DNA from: Azolla caroliniana
Taxonomy: Eukaryota; Plantae; Polypodiophyta
DNA: 64,000 bases
Assembly (NCBI GenBank): GCA_043228905.1
Contig: JBHGNT010000005.1
Location: forward strand, 14,942,001-15,006,000
Reading direction: 5' to 3'
Part shown: one piece after another, positions 12,301-24,643 of the stretch
Numbering within the stretch: position 1 is the stretch's first letter
Layout: the number at the start of each line of letters is the position of its first letter
Program-made: the position numbers and the translations under genes
Notes under the pieces: generated by a model
Seen by the model: only the letters and a program-made list of their open reading frames with translations
The model's database searches: none
What the model was told of the DNA's origin: nothing

Positions 12301-15300
12301 TAAAATGTGAGGATTTTTCAGAATCGCTCGTGCAATTGCAATCCTCTGCTTTTGACCACCAGATAATTGAGTACCATGCTCTCCCACTAAAGTATCAAAA
12401 CCCTAAAAAGGCAGCATAAAATCACCATGTTACAATGTTTAGGTTCATAACAAATGACTAAATGCGTACCACTTATTCTATAACCATTATTACACTACAG
12501 TATTATGATTATTTAATAGCCGAGGGAAAAGAACATATGGAGGCTGATTTAAATATACCTCTGGCAATTGGGAGATGAAGGTAGATGCATTTGCTAAAAC
12601 TGCAGCTTGTTGAATCTCCTCAAGTGTTGCATTATCCTTCCCATATGCTATATTATCCCTAATGGATGTTCCAAAAAGAACCGGCTCTTGACCAACAAGG
12701 CCTATTTGGTTTCTAAACCATTTCAGCTGCAAAACCTTGATATCGATTCCATCCAACAAAATCATTCCACCTTGGGGATCATAAAACCTCTCAATCAAAC
12801 TTATTACAGTTGACTTGCCACTGCCACTCTCGCCAACAAGGGCAACAGTCGTCCCATGGGCGATGTGAATGGAGAACTTTGAAAATATCTTAACTTCGGG
12901 GCGTGTGGGATACGAGAAATCCACATTGACAAACTCAATGTCTCCGCGTACATCCTCCAGCACATCCCCTTTCATGTCATAAATGTCAATTTCTGGTATC
13001 CTATGAATGACTTGAAACATCTTGTAAGCTGCTGCTTTTCCAGAAGCAAAGGCACTAACCGAAGGTGAAGCTTGACCTAAAGACCTAGAAAAATCGATAT
13101 ATACAGACCGAAAGAATGGATGAGTACGACAGAAAGAGGTTAAAAGTGGCCCTATGAGACCCCACAAATTGTTACAATCATGATATCATACGGTATACCA
13201 TTCAAAGCCATGCAAGCTGAAGTATGTATGAACTACAATGTAGACAAGTACGAAAATGCATATAAAATACAAAATAAACTAGTAAGAAAATGCAAAAGCT
13301 ACCTGGGGATCAAACAATTAGGCCATCAACACAAAATGCATTTGAATTATAAGAGAAAAGGATACATTGCTTTCTTTGTAAGGGCACTTACATGCTTCCA
13401 ATGAGTATTGCTAACAACACAGTTATGATATTGCCACCTGTGTACCCCTCGTTTACAATCAGCTTTGATCCATAGAAGATGGCCAAAGCATATGTAGAAA
13501 AAAATGTCAACATGAAGGCCCCTAATCCAAGGCCTGAACTAAAACCTTGCAACACAAATGCCTTGTACGTTGCTTTCAACCTTCTTTTATAAGATTCTAA
13601 GGCTTTTCTCTCTCCGGTAAAAGCAGCAACCTGTTGCAAATAGGCAATCAATAGTTTGAATTCCCATGAGACAAAGAAGGTAAAAACATAATATAATAAA
13701 TATCCGCACAAAATGGATATATTTTCAAGATGTTCTGAGAACTTCTGGTTGGTTTTAAAAGAGACGAATCGTTACAAACAATTTGTACAAAATTTATGGA
13801 AATTTGAATAGTTTTCTCTAGGGCACAACTAGAACCCTGAAAAAGGTTGTTAGAAATTGATCTTGTTCAATATTCGTGACCACGTTTATGAGATATGTCG
13901 AGAAGTGTGAGATCTTTTCAGATTTCATTCAATAAAAGTCATCCAGTCACTTGCATACTTAAGGTTGTTTGGTTCCTAAATTTTGGTTTGTTCTTATATA
14001 TGCTTAGAGGAAATGTTGCTTGAGCAAAAAATGTATAAGAAGCTGTACATACTGTCCTTATTGCACCGATCGCTTGTTCTACGACATCTCCAGCTTGAGC
14101 ATATGCTTCTTGGCCTTTACTTGTGGCTTTAGTAATCAACACACTCAAGGCTGCACCTACTAAGATCATGAATGGGATTGCAACAAGCAACACCAATGTT
14201 AATTTCCACCCTTTAATAAATGCCACAAGGAACCCTCCCACAAATGTTGCGAGGTATTGAATGAATTGCCCCACCTATCATAAAAGTACAATATAAATTG
14301 AATAATGAAACATTCACAGTAGAGTTGACCAAGTTAATTCATTGTGTATAATTTTAATCTTGACTCTAAATGGGCATTAGCTAAAGATTTACTTTTTCTC
14401 CTATTGCCTCATGGATGAGGATGGTGTCACCAGATATTCTCCCAATGACTTCTCCTGTCGATGTCTCTGTGTCAAAGAAAGTTACATCTTGTCTTAACAT
14501 TGCTTGAAGGTAAAGTCCCCGGATCCGACTTGCTTGTCTCTCACCGCTCACCATCCAGCAAGTGACCTCTACGAACCAAAGAAAAATTTTAAGCATGCTT
14601 GCACACACAACGTAATCTTGGTTTGATTTTGTTTGTGAGTCAAATCATGTTTTTTGTTTGTGTAGAATCAAATCACAATTATACTTGATTATGCCTTCAT
14701 ACTCAGAAATCATGGATACCAATAAAGCACATAGTTAGAGGAATTTAAAGCCAAACTTTTATGCAATAATTCATTTTTGTATGCCTGAATAGTACTTGTA
14801 AGTTCTTAATAGATGTTTTGTCAAATATTGCATGATTTCAAATGTTGGACGTCATGAGGAGGAACGAAACTTACCAACGAAGGATGTGACTAATGCGCTC
14901 ATGCCAAGATACACGAAGAGGAGGGAAACCTACACATGAGAATCATTCACGAGATTTAGTTAGTAGTCCCAATCAAACTTCATTTGCTCAAAGCAAAGTT
15001 CCTTTTCCATATGATTGATTACCAGCTTTCCAATCATCATTGGTGGACATCAGCAATTCTAAGAAGGATTTCATATTTATTTATTTATTTTTGCACAATA
15101 TGAGAACACCAAAAACCCTAACCCTAGTATATTTCTTTAGGACCTAAGGGTATTCAGGTAAAATTTCAAAAGTTTAGGGGAATCATTCGTTGTATTGGTT
15201 GGACCAACAAACGCCTAACCCTAATGTACTGCTTAAGATATGACTCCCAAACCCTCGCCCTAATTAAGACTGGAAATATACATGCTCCCCGAAAAGGCAT

Positions 15301-15678
15301 TAACAATATGTACATATATGTAGTAGGTTAAAAATTGACCTTTCCAACGTCCCTTTGGACTCTGTCGCTGAAGGCAGCATTCTGTCCAAAAGCATCGATA
15401 ACTTGGCCAAACAGAATGGTCATGAATGGGAACGTGACCCCAGCCCCGATGGCTCCCAATGTACCCAAAAGCATGAGAATGCGATCAAATGTATCAGCAA
15501 ACGTGAACAGTTTGAAGTAAGGAACAGTGAGAGTGGGGCTAGCGGTTGGATTTAGATTGGGAGTAGAAGTAGCTGATTCCGGAGGGCCCTCATTTTGTGG
15601 TGGTGTATTGATTTGAACACCATCCTGAGATGTAGAAGACATAATAACGCTACCACGATTCTGCTGATCTATGCCCAT
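9320..15678 (-). CDS. ABCB: full-size ABC transporter B family (P-glycoprotein/MDR, ABCB4/11/21-like), 12 exons, 1313 aa
   Basis: Exons, all GT-AG and phase-consistent: 15678-15340, 14929-14875, 14568-14393, 14274-14053, 13630-13392, 13084-12559, 12402-12129, 11938-11233, 11069-10841, 10738-10472, 10318-10055, 9964-9320; total 3942 nt. TMD-NBD-TMD-NBD layout with Walker A ([16 protein letters not shown]), signature LSGGQKQR twice and Walker [13 protein letters not shown] twice. The first in-frame ATG is 15678; the ORF track start at 15705 is GTG. Confidence 0.95.
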
Positions 15679-16742
15679 TGATGTTGTATGATTACTCTCA
15701 TCCACGTGTAGTGGATTTTTCAGTGATATATTTGGATCATCAATCCAAATCGGGCATTATATGGATTAGAGATATCAAGAGGACGAGATTTTTGGTTTTT
15801 TTCCCCTGTTGTTTTTCTTGGATGTTTCTGTTTTTTTGTTCTATAAAATGTAAACTCGCAATGATAGATATGGTGATGAGAATTGATTCATTGGTATGAA
15901 TTAAACCTTGTTGAAGCAAGAAAGAAGAGATTAATGTCTGACACTAAGTTGATCCAATATATGTAAGTAGTAAGGCTATTTCTGAATCAATTTTCAAGTC
16001 TATTTTCGACAGTTTCTGTAGGGAAAGTCAATGCCTCTCTTTCTCTCTCTCTCTCTCTTTGTTTGTTTTGTGTGGGTGCGCACTACGTATCTGTTCCTTG
16101 CTGCCCACGTTCCGTTTTCGATGGTTGTAACTTGCACACTACTATCTGTCCACGTGTCTCTCTCTCTCTCTCTCTCTCTGTGTCTCTCCTGGATTCCTGT
16201 TTTAAGGAAGTTCAACCCTCCCAAACCCATCATCATGTCATGCAAAGAAAGTCGGCTTGATGTAGCATACGTGCACATGTATGTTTGTATGTATGTACAT
16301 ATGTAAATATGTATGTAAGTACATATGAGTATCTATGTACATATGTAAGTATGAGTATTTATGTATGCTTCTAAAGTCAGCGCATGTAGTATCATAGTAT
16401 GGCTTGATGACCACAACCTCAATATATTTGTAGAATAGACTCACTTGTAGCCTCGAACGATAAGACTTCTTCTTACTGGTCGTCATGAAAAATATGTCGA
16501 TGGGGAATGTTTTTGACAAACATTGTGTTTTCGTAATCTCCTGCTATATTTCATCACTACTTGATGGGGAAGTAGCAATTTGATTGGACCACCACACACT
16601 TGCAAAATAGGACACAACTTGACTACTCTTTTAAAAAGGGTTCCCCTAGAAATATATGTTTCCACTTGAAGGGCATGATGTCCCAAAATACACATATCCC
16701 CCCCCCCCCCCCATGGGCCATGCCCCCAATACGATTCTAATG

Positions 16743-17040
16743 GCCTTTTTGTTGTTTGTGTAGGTGAGGAACAAATATTGAAGAAAAGAGTTAACCTGCG
16801 TCCCACGGTCCACCTCTAGAATACACATTTCATTTTTCCAACCTTGTCCATATTGATATTGTCGATCATTTCAAATATAAGATTCAACTTGTCATAATGC
16901 ACATACCCCAGATACAATTCTCGTAGCCTTTTTGTTGTTTGTGCATGTGAAGAATAAACGAAGAAGATTGTTAACCTCTATACCACATCTAGAACACATT
17001 TTGTTTTTCCAACCTTGTTCATAAATGTTGACCATTCTTA
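16743..17040. repeat. degenerate tandem duplication (about 185 bp spacing) upstream of ABCB
   Basis: GCCTTTTTGTTGTTTGTG...GTTAACCT...TCTAGAA...TTTTTCCAACCTTGT occurs twice. Confidence 0.6.
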
Positions 17041-17689
17041 ATACTCACCGTGTCATTTTTATTGGAAGAGCATCCAAAAATATCATAATAAAAATTTCCA
17101 TCCAACTTTTAAATAAAAATGTTATAACTAAATAATGATGGAAAAAATATTGTTGTTTTCTTATTAAAAACATGTTTGGTATGGGTTTCTTACCATTTGC
17201 TAAAGACACACATAGAGAGGGAGATCATTGAAAGGGATGCTTATATGGAAACGTGGTCTCCCTTAGAACATGAAGAGGCACTAAGGTTCTGCTAAGCAAA
17301 CAGTCATTGAGACCCACCACTCATGGACAAAGTCACATAGTGACACAATTAATTCAGATTGAATGGTTCAACTTGAAAGAGTGAATGATACGCATAAGGC
17401 TAGTCCATTGAAGCACATTCTGATGGTGTTTTTGCTACAATAGTATTGTGACAATTGTCCAATCTTCAATACTTAAACTCTACATTCTACTCTTGACAAA
17501 ATCAATACTTTTTCTAATAGACCTTTCTCATGCAAATGTTGGCATTTACCAATCCTGCATCGAAAAAGACTTGCTTAAAACATGCTTCATGAAATTTATT
17601 TGAGCATTATTCACATGCTACAATTCAATATATTCACATTTATTATTTTTGGACGATTACGTCTCTTGAATACTTGAAAGTATGCTCGA

Positions 17690-17732
<43 letters not shown>

Positions 17733-17935
17733 ATCATTCATTGTTAGATTTTGTAGAATGGTCTATTGACTATGTGTCTATGCATACACGAGCGTGTGTG
17801 AGTTAAGATTGATCTACAAATGAACCAACCTTATTCGGAAAATTGTGGTCATCGATATATTGTATTATTATTATTTATAAAGAAAATATGACATATTAAA
17901 AATAATAAAATATTAAGTAATAAATAAATCAATGT

Positions 17936-19150
17936 TGTTACGACTACATAAAATAAAGATGAAAGAAGAGGAACCGTTCGACTCATGAAATGATTCCTAT
18001 TCCGCATCCCTATGTAGGGTATTTAATAAAGCACATCTTCTTAGAAACGGGGGCTTCCATTTGGGGAGTGGGAGTGTACTTTGTCGTTCAGTAATTATTA
18101 GCTTATCATTCAATAACTACCAGCTTGTCATTTCGTCATTTAATCTAGCTTATCTACTTAAGTTTCTGTGTCCAGATGTAACACTTGGTATCAGAGAACA
18201 ACTTAAGATCTGTAGGGCCTAAAGTGCACAATGGAAGAAGCAAAGGTGGCTGAAATTACAAGAGTGGTTGTAGCACAACGCCATGCAAAGGGACCAAGCT
18301 AACAATGAAGAGAAATATTTTTTTCTTTTTCATTTTCCTGATATTTCATAGCTCATTGTAGAAAAGAGAAGGTGATTTCAACTCAAGCGAGATGGGGGGA
18401 AGACGAGATAGGGATCCCATTGAGCAATACATTACAAGACAGAGTAGAGTAGGAAATCAAAGAAGCAAATCACTGAAGGAATTGTGTGGATCAAGTAAGG
18501 GAGAGATGGTTGAGAGAAGAGGAGGGATCAAGAGTAAACACAGTGAAAACGCAAGGAAGAAGGCACGTGGAAGGTTGACAAGGAATATTGGAACAATTGA
18601 TCCAAAGAGTGGAACTAGGCAATGATGGAGATAGCCACATCAACCTGGGTACTTTCGAACCGATCAGCCCGTAACACTTACAAGATGGATAAGGGAACAT
18701 AGATGTTCCTGGTTCAAATTCATGTAAAGCCAAAACTATGGGTGATGGTGTTAGCAAGTTTTATAGATGGGCCAACATAGGTATATGTTCGAAGAAAACA
18801 CTCTTGAATTTGTATCGTGGCCAAAGTTCAAAAGAGAGTTGTGGCATTATTTTATCCCTCAGTACGAGCGATCATTTACACCTTATGGGTGACTGGAAGG
18901 TGTTGAAGCAAAGAGAGGGTCAACTTACCGCCTATACTGAGAAATATTGTCAATTAGTATTACAGTTTCCTCATCTACATCCAATCACCAAGCTTCATTA
19001 GTTTGTATCAGGCTTAAGGCCACATATTTGGACAAAGGTGGAGGAATTGTTCAAAGAAGCTATGCGATAAGTAGAATGAATCAGTGACATTGAAGCCAAC
19101 TCAACCTACTACTTCAACAATAGGAGTTGGACGACAACAACGAAGTCGAT
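17936..19150 (+). mobile_element. LTR (17936-18183), tRNA-iMet PBS (18186-18196) and decayed gypsy-type gag
   Basis: TGTTAC...GTAACA termini; TGGTATCAGAG; gag-like WKVLKQREGQLTAYTEKYCQL..KLH*FVSGLRPHI. Confidence 0.7.
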
Positions 19151-19182
19151 GGGGAGAGGTGTAGGAGAAGCTTCTAGAAATT

Positions 19183-19380
19183 AATGGATGGGCAATATGG
19201 GGCGACGCATACCATTGCTTAGAAAGAGGTTTTTAAGAAGATACGGGAAAGGATGAACGTCTTCTGCATGGTTAATGGTTGTATACGTTGGAGGTATCAA
19301 CCACCTCTCTGGGTATTTCCTCCACTGACACGAGGCATGTGGCCATGTACAATTGTTCTTGGTAATGCTTTGGGAGATAT
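19183..19380 (+). pseudogene. 3' tip of an older L1 LINE related to the adjacent LINE
   Basis: RWRYQPPLWVFPP resembles the ORF2 C-terminus KWCLAPPVWLFPP of the LINE at 20297. Confidence 0.6.
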
Positions 19381-20040
19381 TGTAGGGAATATGGAATTGA
19401 CCACAACCAGTCAGCAAGCAAATCGAGAAGGACAACAGACAAAAAACAAAAACAGAAGAACACAAACACTAAGACACTAGATTTTAATGTAGAAACCCTG
19501 AATGGGAAAAAACTACGGGAGCCCATAGACTCCAAATAATATTACTATGTATATGAGTATACGAGAGACTCACTAGCAACGACCTCGAGCTCGTCTTAGT
19601 CTTACCAACTGATACACACACACACTCTCACTTAGCACACAGTGATTACAACTCACACTCTAATAATGTCCTCATACACAACATAATGATTGACCTAGGT
19701 GTATTTATAATTATACACAAGTATGGGCTATTTACAAATGTAGCCTCTAATAAGCTACGACCCAATCAACTTTCGGCTCTTAACCGGCATTCATATGATC
19801 TAGTTGGTTGGTGCTTAGTCAGTCTGCATCAAGTTCCCATATCCAGCTCTTGTTTGGACTGATCGGCTTTTGGCTGACCCTTAGCCGATAGACTACTGGT
19901 CGATCCGGCTGATATCCTGTATCTGGCTTCTTGTCTGGACAGGTCGGTCTCTAGTCGACTACTTGTCCAGATCCGACCGGATGTCTTCTAGACGATCCGG
20001 CTCCTCGTCCGGATCTAGCTTTCTTGTCCCGAGGGCTTCA
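19381..20040 (-). mobile_element. copia-type LTR remnant related to LTR 3266-4013
   Basis: Reverse complement contains GGAGTCTATGGGCTCCCGTAGTTTTTTCCC and GAGCTCGAGGTCGTTG, near-identical to motifs in 3625-3730. No matching TSD found. Confidence 0.6.
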
Positions 20041-20296
20041 CTGTGAAAACTTGTATGATAGCACGTGAGTTCATCAAAAGGGTTTAAATTAACCATTGAG
20101 ATACAGAATGTATATATATAAGGGTATTAACAAATGCATAATATATATATATATATTTATTTTTTTTTCCGGAAAAATATCCTTTCATTAGTTATGAACA
20201 ACATTACAAAAAATTGACCTACCATCAAGCTACCATTGATCTGGTGCATTCTTCCTTAGGTCCCATCCCTCAACACTCCACCACTCCTTAACCAAG

Positions 20297-23200
20297 TTAT
20301 GTGATTGGTGGTGGGAACAACCATACTGGTGGCGCTAAGCACCATTTAGGTCTTGAATTTTGTATTGTGAGAAAAGGGGTCTTCTTCCAATAGACAATAA
20401 ATTCGAGACGTTGCAACACTGCAACATCTGTCTCACCTTTAATATCCTCATACTGTCCTTTCAAGGTATGTACCATCTCCATCCAGACATTCCGTGTACT
20501 TTCCACTGGATGAATAGTAGTATTACCAAACACCTTAGAACACCTAGCAGTCCAAATAAACCACATTGTGGTGGTGCATAGTAGCTCCCATACCTCTTGC
20601 ATTGTCTTTAACATGTAAGGAGCCTCCATTTGACTTTGTTGCACCGCCATTATCCTTCCTCTTTGAATTCTAATAATCGTGTCATTTGGGCATGCATCAT
20701 ATGGCCACACCACTTGTGCCACTGTGGCCCATACTACCATACCCCACGAAAAACTGCAATCCCTAAACATAAAGGCAAGAACTCGGAACACTCGCCTCCA
20801 AACTTGCTGTGCAGCATGACATTCCCACAAGCAATGTTTCAATGTCTCCATCTGACAACAACAATAGATGCATGCGGTCGGTGCAGCTGATTGTTGCAAC
20901 CATTGGCCAATTGGCAATGCTCTATGTATTACTAACCATTGGAAGACATTTATTTTCATATCTTGCTTCCTTTTCCATAATGTTCCCCAAAACTTTGTTA
21001 GGAATTCCGATGTGATCCCTTGGTGGTTCCAACATTGACTAGCTCGTGGTGTAGTCCTACGTTGAGCTGCCAAAATGTGTCGTCCCATCTTAACTGAATA
21101 CTGAAAAAAACCATACCTTTTTCCCCTACGATCAAACGGATCTTTCCACCAAAATTCTCCCGGATCCCATTGCAACCTTATCAAAGGTTTCTTTTCAAAA
21201 ACTCTCAGTTTCCAATGCTCCTTGACCGCCTCAACTTGTGGGTCGATGAGCCACTTAGATCCGTCATAAGCAAGGACTCTTATTTTAGAAAATGTAGCAT
21301 ATTGCAAGATCTCTGTTTGTATCGTTGCACTACTTATACTGCCATCTTCCTCCACCTCATAGTCTTGACATCGTCCGCAAGACAAATGTCCCCTTACCCC
21401 CACTAGCACTTGAAGCCTCGTAAATGCTCCTTCCCACTTGGGAGGGTTAAAGGACCATATCGTAACGTCAGAGTGCCCCAAAACTGACTGCACTTGGTCC
21501 CACATAATCAGCCCCCCTCTCAAGGAAGACAAGAATTCTGATCTGTCATATATATTCAGAGTATGAAATGATTTCCATGCATCAACGGACGCTCCTGGCC
21601 CTACATCGAGCTTGGCCCAATCCAATCGCGTTCGGGACCCCAACATGTGCCCTGATGGCAAACGCATATTCGGATTCCACACTAAGTTTTGTCTCAAGTA
21701 TTCCTCCTCACATGTTGGTACACCATGTTCCAACCCTTTATGTACATGCTCCCATGCTCGTAGAAGACCATTAAAAAATTTGTCTTCCCAATTCCTAGAC
21801 ATAACATGTTTCTTGTCTGGTATAAAAATCCACCTTATGCTATCAGCCCATAATCCACCCATCGACGGAGCACAACTATACAATCTTTGCATAAGTAATT
21901 GCTTCCAAGGAGCATGTCCTGGTAAAAGGCCACGAATTATTAGTTTTGCTAACAAGGCCATGCATTGGTCTAATGGATCTAAAATCCCCAAACCACCGTA
22001 TTGTTTTGGGGTTATCAATGTACTCCAAGCCACCTTCGCTCTTACATGACTCTTATCTTCCCCAGCCCATATAAAATTCCTAACCAGCCTTCGAATTTGT
22101 CCAATGCACGATTTTGAAAAGATCCAAGATGAGGCTATATACCACACCGTAGATAGTAGCACATGGTTGGCAACTATCACTCTACCGGCCAAAGATAGTT
22201 TAGCATGACTCCACAAGAATAATTTTTTCCTCAAAGTTAATAGTAATGGTGCAGCATGTAATTCTGGAACCAAATCAATCCCAACCTGCACTCCAAGATA
22301 TCGAACCGCAACTCCTCTTTGAGTCCATTGGAAAGTATGATGCGGTGCCCAACAAGGCGGCGGCTCCTTGCTTACCCAAAATGCAACAGTTTTCTCCCAA
22401 TTTAACTTAGCTCCAGACGCTATACAAAACTGTGACAAAGCCCCTTGTACTTGTTGCAAATTCGTTAGAGTCCCATCCACATATAATGCAGTGTCATCTG
22501 CAAATTCCGAGTCCAATATATCCTGTCCATGCATTGGCATTGCCAAACCACGCAAGCCTATAGATTGTGATGATATAAATGCATGCATTGCTTCCGCAAA
22601 CAGAAGGAACAAAAATGGTGCAAGTGGACATCCTTGGCGAACTGATCGAGTAATGTTAAAACGAGGTCCTACTCCACCTGCCAACAACACCTGATTGTGT
22701 GCATTTCTATAAAGACAAGAAACACCTTTAATCCATGCCGTGTTGAAGCCCAAGTGATGCATAGTACCTTCCAAAAAATTCCAGTCAACCCTATCATACG
22801 CTTTCTCAAAATCTAAAAGCAACACGGCTAGATTTTGTTTGTTTTTTACCGCTACTGCAGTAGCCTCCCAAAATGTAAAAACATTATCCATAATACTCCT
22901 TTCCCTCATAAAACCAGTTTGCGATACATGAATTATCTTTGGTAATACCTCTTGTAACCGAGAACTAAGCAACTTTGCAAATAGCTTATAACTAGTATTC
23001 AAGAGGGTGATTAGCCTCCACTTACGAATATCTTCTGAAACTCCTTCTGTTTTAGGTATAAGATAAATAAGCCCCTCAGATAACGACATGGGCATCTCTC
23101 CACTTTCAAACATATGTTGGTAAGCATCTTTTAAGTCTTTCTTCAGTATCCCCCAATATTTCTTGTAGAATTTAGGTGTAAGTCCATCCACTCCAGGACA

Positions 23201-24643
23201 ACTATTGTCCGATAAAGAGTGTAGCGCTTGTTCCAACTCCAATTCTGTAATAGGTGACAACAATGAATCTTGCATTGCTTGAGTAACCTTGGGTTGAATT
23301 TCCGCCCAGACCTTCATTCTATTTTGGCTTATCTCCTCAGAGATAGGCTCTTCTGACAAAAGGGTAGCGTAGAATTTCGTGGCAATTACCCGCACAACAT
23401 TTGGATCCATTTCAAGTTCGCCATTTTCATTCCGCAAACAACAGGTTACATTAGAGACTCTTTTGGGGCCTTTAATATTAAAAAATTGTTTTGTACATCT
23501 ATCCCCAATTTGCGTCCATCTTGAAGCAGAGTTGTGATACCTAAATTGACTACGACATTCTTCCATATGTTGAACTTGTTTTCGGGCTTCTTCAAGATGT
23601 GAAGCTATCCACGCACACTCTGGTCGACCCTGTTGCAATCTTTGCAAAGATATCAATCTTGCCCTCATCCTTCTTTCCTTCTCCAGATATTCCATATATT
23701 CAGATCTTGATTTTAACGCAAAATATTGTGATATCTCCGTCAAAGCACAAGCCACTTTGATTGTAATGGGAGCATCCATATTATCTTTGTTCTGCCAAAT
23801 ATCTGTCACTTGATTATACCATCTATCATGTAACATTACTTTTTCGGGTATCCTAAATCGTATGGACTCCCTTTTCGATTGCCCAAAGGTTCTCAATATA
23901 ACAGGAGCATGATCAGAGAAAGTTGTGCCTGGCATAATAGTGATATTTCCCCCATTTAAGACAAAGGCCTCCCCCACATAAAATCTATCCAATCTTGAAA
24001 GATTGGTTCCAGCTATTCTCCTATCCGAACGTGAGAAACTCAAGGAATTCTGAGATCTATAAACATTAGGCATATGCCATGCATCCAAAATACTCAATTT
24101 CAAACACATCCGTTCCCATACTGCTAATTCCTCCCCATGAATTGTTGAAACACTCCCACCTTTCCTATCCTCTGGGTCCTCAAGCATATTAAAATCCCCT
24201 GCAACACACCAATGAGACACATTTGGTAATGCATTTGTAATTTCACACCAAAAGTGTTTCCTAGCCGATGCATGATTTGGCGCGTAGATATTCAAGTAAC
24301 CCCAAGTTGTATGTAAATCTTGTAATACAATATATTGTGCTCTTCCTGGCACAATGATCTCTTTGCATATAATACTTGATTTCCAATGATGTGCAATTGC
24401 CATACACACCCCGCCTTGTGTACCACTAGTGCCAATAGGCGGGGACCAAAACATCTCCCAACTACCAGGTAATATAGTGCCATAGTTCCTTATTCTTTGC
24501 TCATTCAAATGATGTTCTTGAAACATCATAATGTCCAACGATCCATTCGTGAGACACTTTTGTAATTCCTGCCTTAACCTACCTCTATATCTTCGGTATA
24601 AGGGACCTCCCAAGCCCTGAACATTCCATGTGAGGAGCCTCAT
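20297..24643 (-). CDS. LINE ORF2: APE endonuclease, reverse transcriptase, zf-RVT; 1448 aa, uninterrupted
   Basis: MRLLTWNVQGL, FQEHH, NIYAPN, GDFN, SRLDRFY, SDHAPV (endonuclease); PGVDG, LDFEKAYDRV, RQGCPLAPFLF, FADD, YLGV (RT); CIYC..ETLKHCLWEC. The real ATG is at 24643; the track start is TTG. Confidence 0.95.
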   Translation of the reverse strand: MRLLTWNVQGLGGPLYRRYRGRLRQELQKCLTNGSLDIMMFQEHHLNEQRIRNYGTILPGSWEMFWSPPIGTSGTQGGVCMAIAHHWKSSIICKEIIVPGRAQYIVLQDLHTTWGYLNIYAPNHASARKHFWCEITNALPNVSHWCVAGDFNMLEDPEDRKGGSVSTIHGEELAVWERMCLKLSILDAWHMPNVYRSQNSLSFSRSDRRIAGTNLSRLDRFYVGEAFVLNGGNITIMPGTTFSDHAPVILRTFGQSKRESIRFRIPEKVMLHDRWYNQVTDIWQNKDNMDAPITIKVACALTEISQYFALKSRSEYMEYLEKERRMRARLISLQRLQQGRPECAWIASHLEEARKQVQHMEECRSQFRYHNSASRWTQIGDRCTKQFFNIKGPKRVSNVTCCLRNENGELEMDPNVVRVIATKFYATLLSEEPISEEISQNRMKVWAEIQPKVTQAMQDSLLSPITELELEQALHSLSDNSCPGVDGLTPKFYKKYWGILKKDLKDAYQHMFESGEMPMSLSEGLIYLIPKTEGVSEDIRKWRLITLLNTSYKLFAKLLSSRLQEVLPKIIHVSQTGFMRERSIMDNVFTFWEATAVAVKNKQNLAVLLLDFEKAYDRVDWNFLEGTMHHLGFNTAWIKGVSCLYRNAHNQVLLAGGVGPRFNITRSVRQGCPLAPFLFLLFAEAMHAFISSQSIGLRGLAMPMHGQDILDSEFADDTALYVDGTLTNLQQVQGALSQFCIASGAKLNWEKTVAFWVSKEPPPCWAPHHTFQWTQRGVAVRYLGVQVGIDLVPELHAAPLLLTLRKKLFLWSHAKLSLAGRVIVANHVLLSTVWYIASSWIFSKSCIGQIRRLVRNFIWAGEDKSHVRAKVAWSTLITPKQYGGLGILDPLDQCMALLAKLIIRGLLPGHAPWKQLLMQRLYSCAPSMGGLWADSIRWIFIPDKKHVMSRNWEDKFFNGLLRAWEHVHKGLEHGVPTCEEEYLRQNLVWNPNMRLPSGHMLGSRTRLDWAKLDVGPGASVDAWKSFHTLNIYDRSEFLSSLRGGLIMWDQVQSVLGHSDVTIWSFNPPKWEGAFTRLQVLVGVRGHLSCGRCQDYEVEEDGSISSATIQTEILQYATFSKIRVLAYDGSKWLIDPQVEAVKEHWKLRVFEKKPLIRLQWDPGEFWWKDPFDRRGKRYGFFQYSVKMGRHILAAQRRTTPRASQCWNHQGITSEFLTKFWGTLWKRKQDMKINVFQWLVIHRALPIGQWLQQSAAPTACIYCCCQMETLKHCLWECHAAQQVWRRVFRVLAFMFRDCSFSWGMVVWATVAQVVWPYDACPNDTIIRIQRGRIMAVQQSQMEAPYMLKTMQEVWELLCTTTMWFIWTARCSKVFGNTTIHPVESTRNVWMEMVHTLKGQYEDIKGETDVAVLQRLEFIVYWKKTPFLTIQNSRPKWCLAPPVWLFPPPIT

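Noticed and set aside
15110-15265. AACCCTA telomere-like motifs in ABCB intron 1
   Set aside because: Scattered single motifs, not an array; no evidence of function.
15679-15705. ORF-track start MDESNHTT for ABCB
   Set aside because: The codon is GTG; the first in-frame ATG is 15678.
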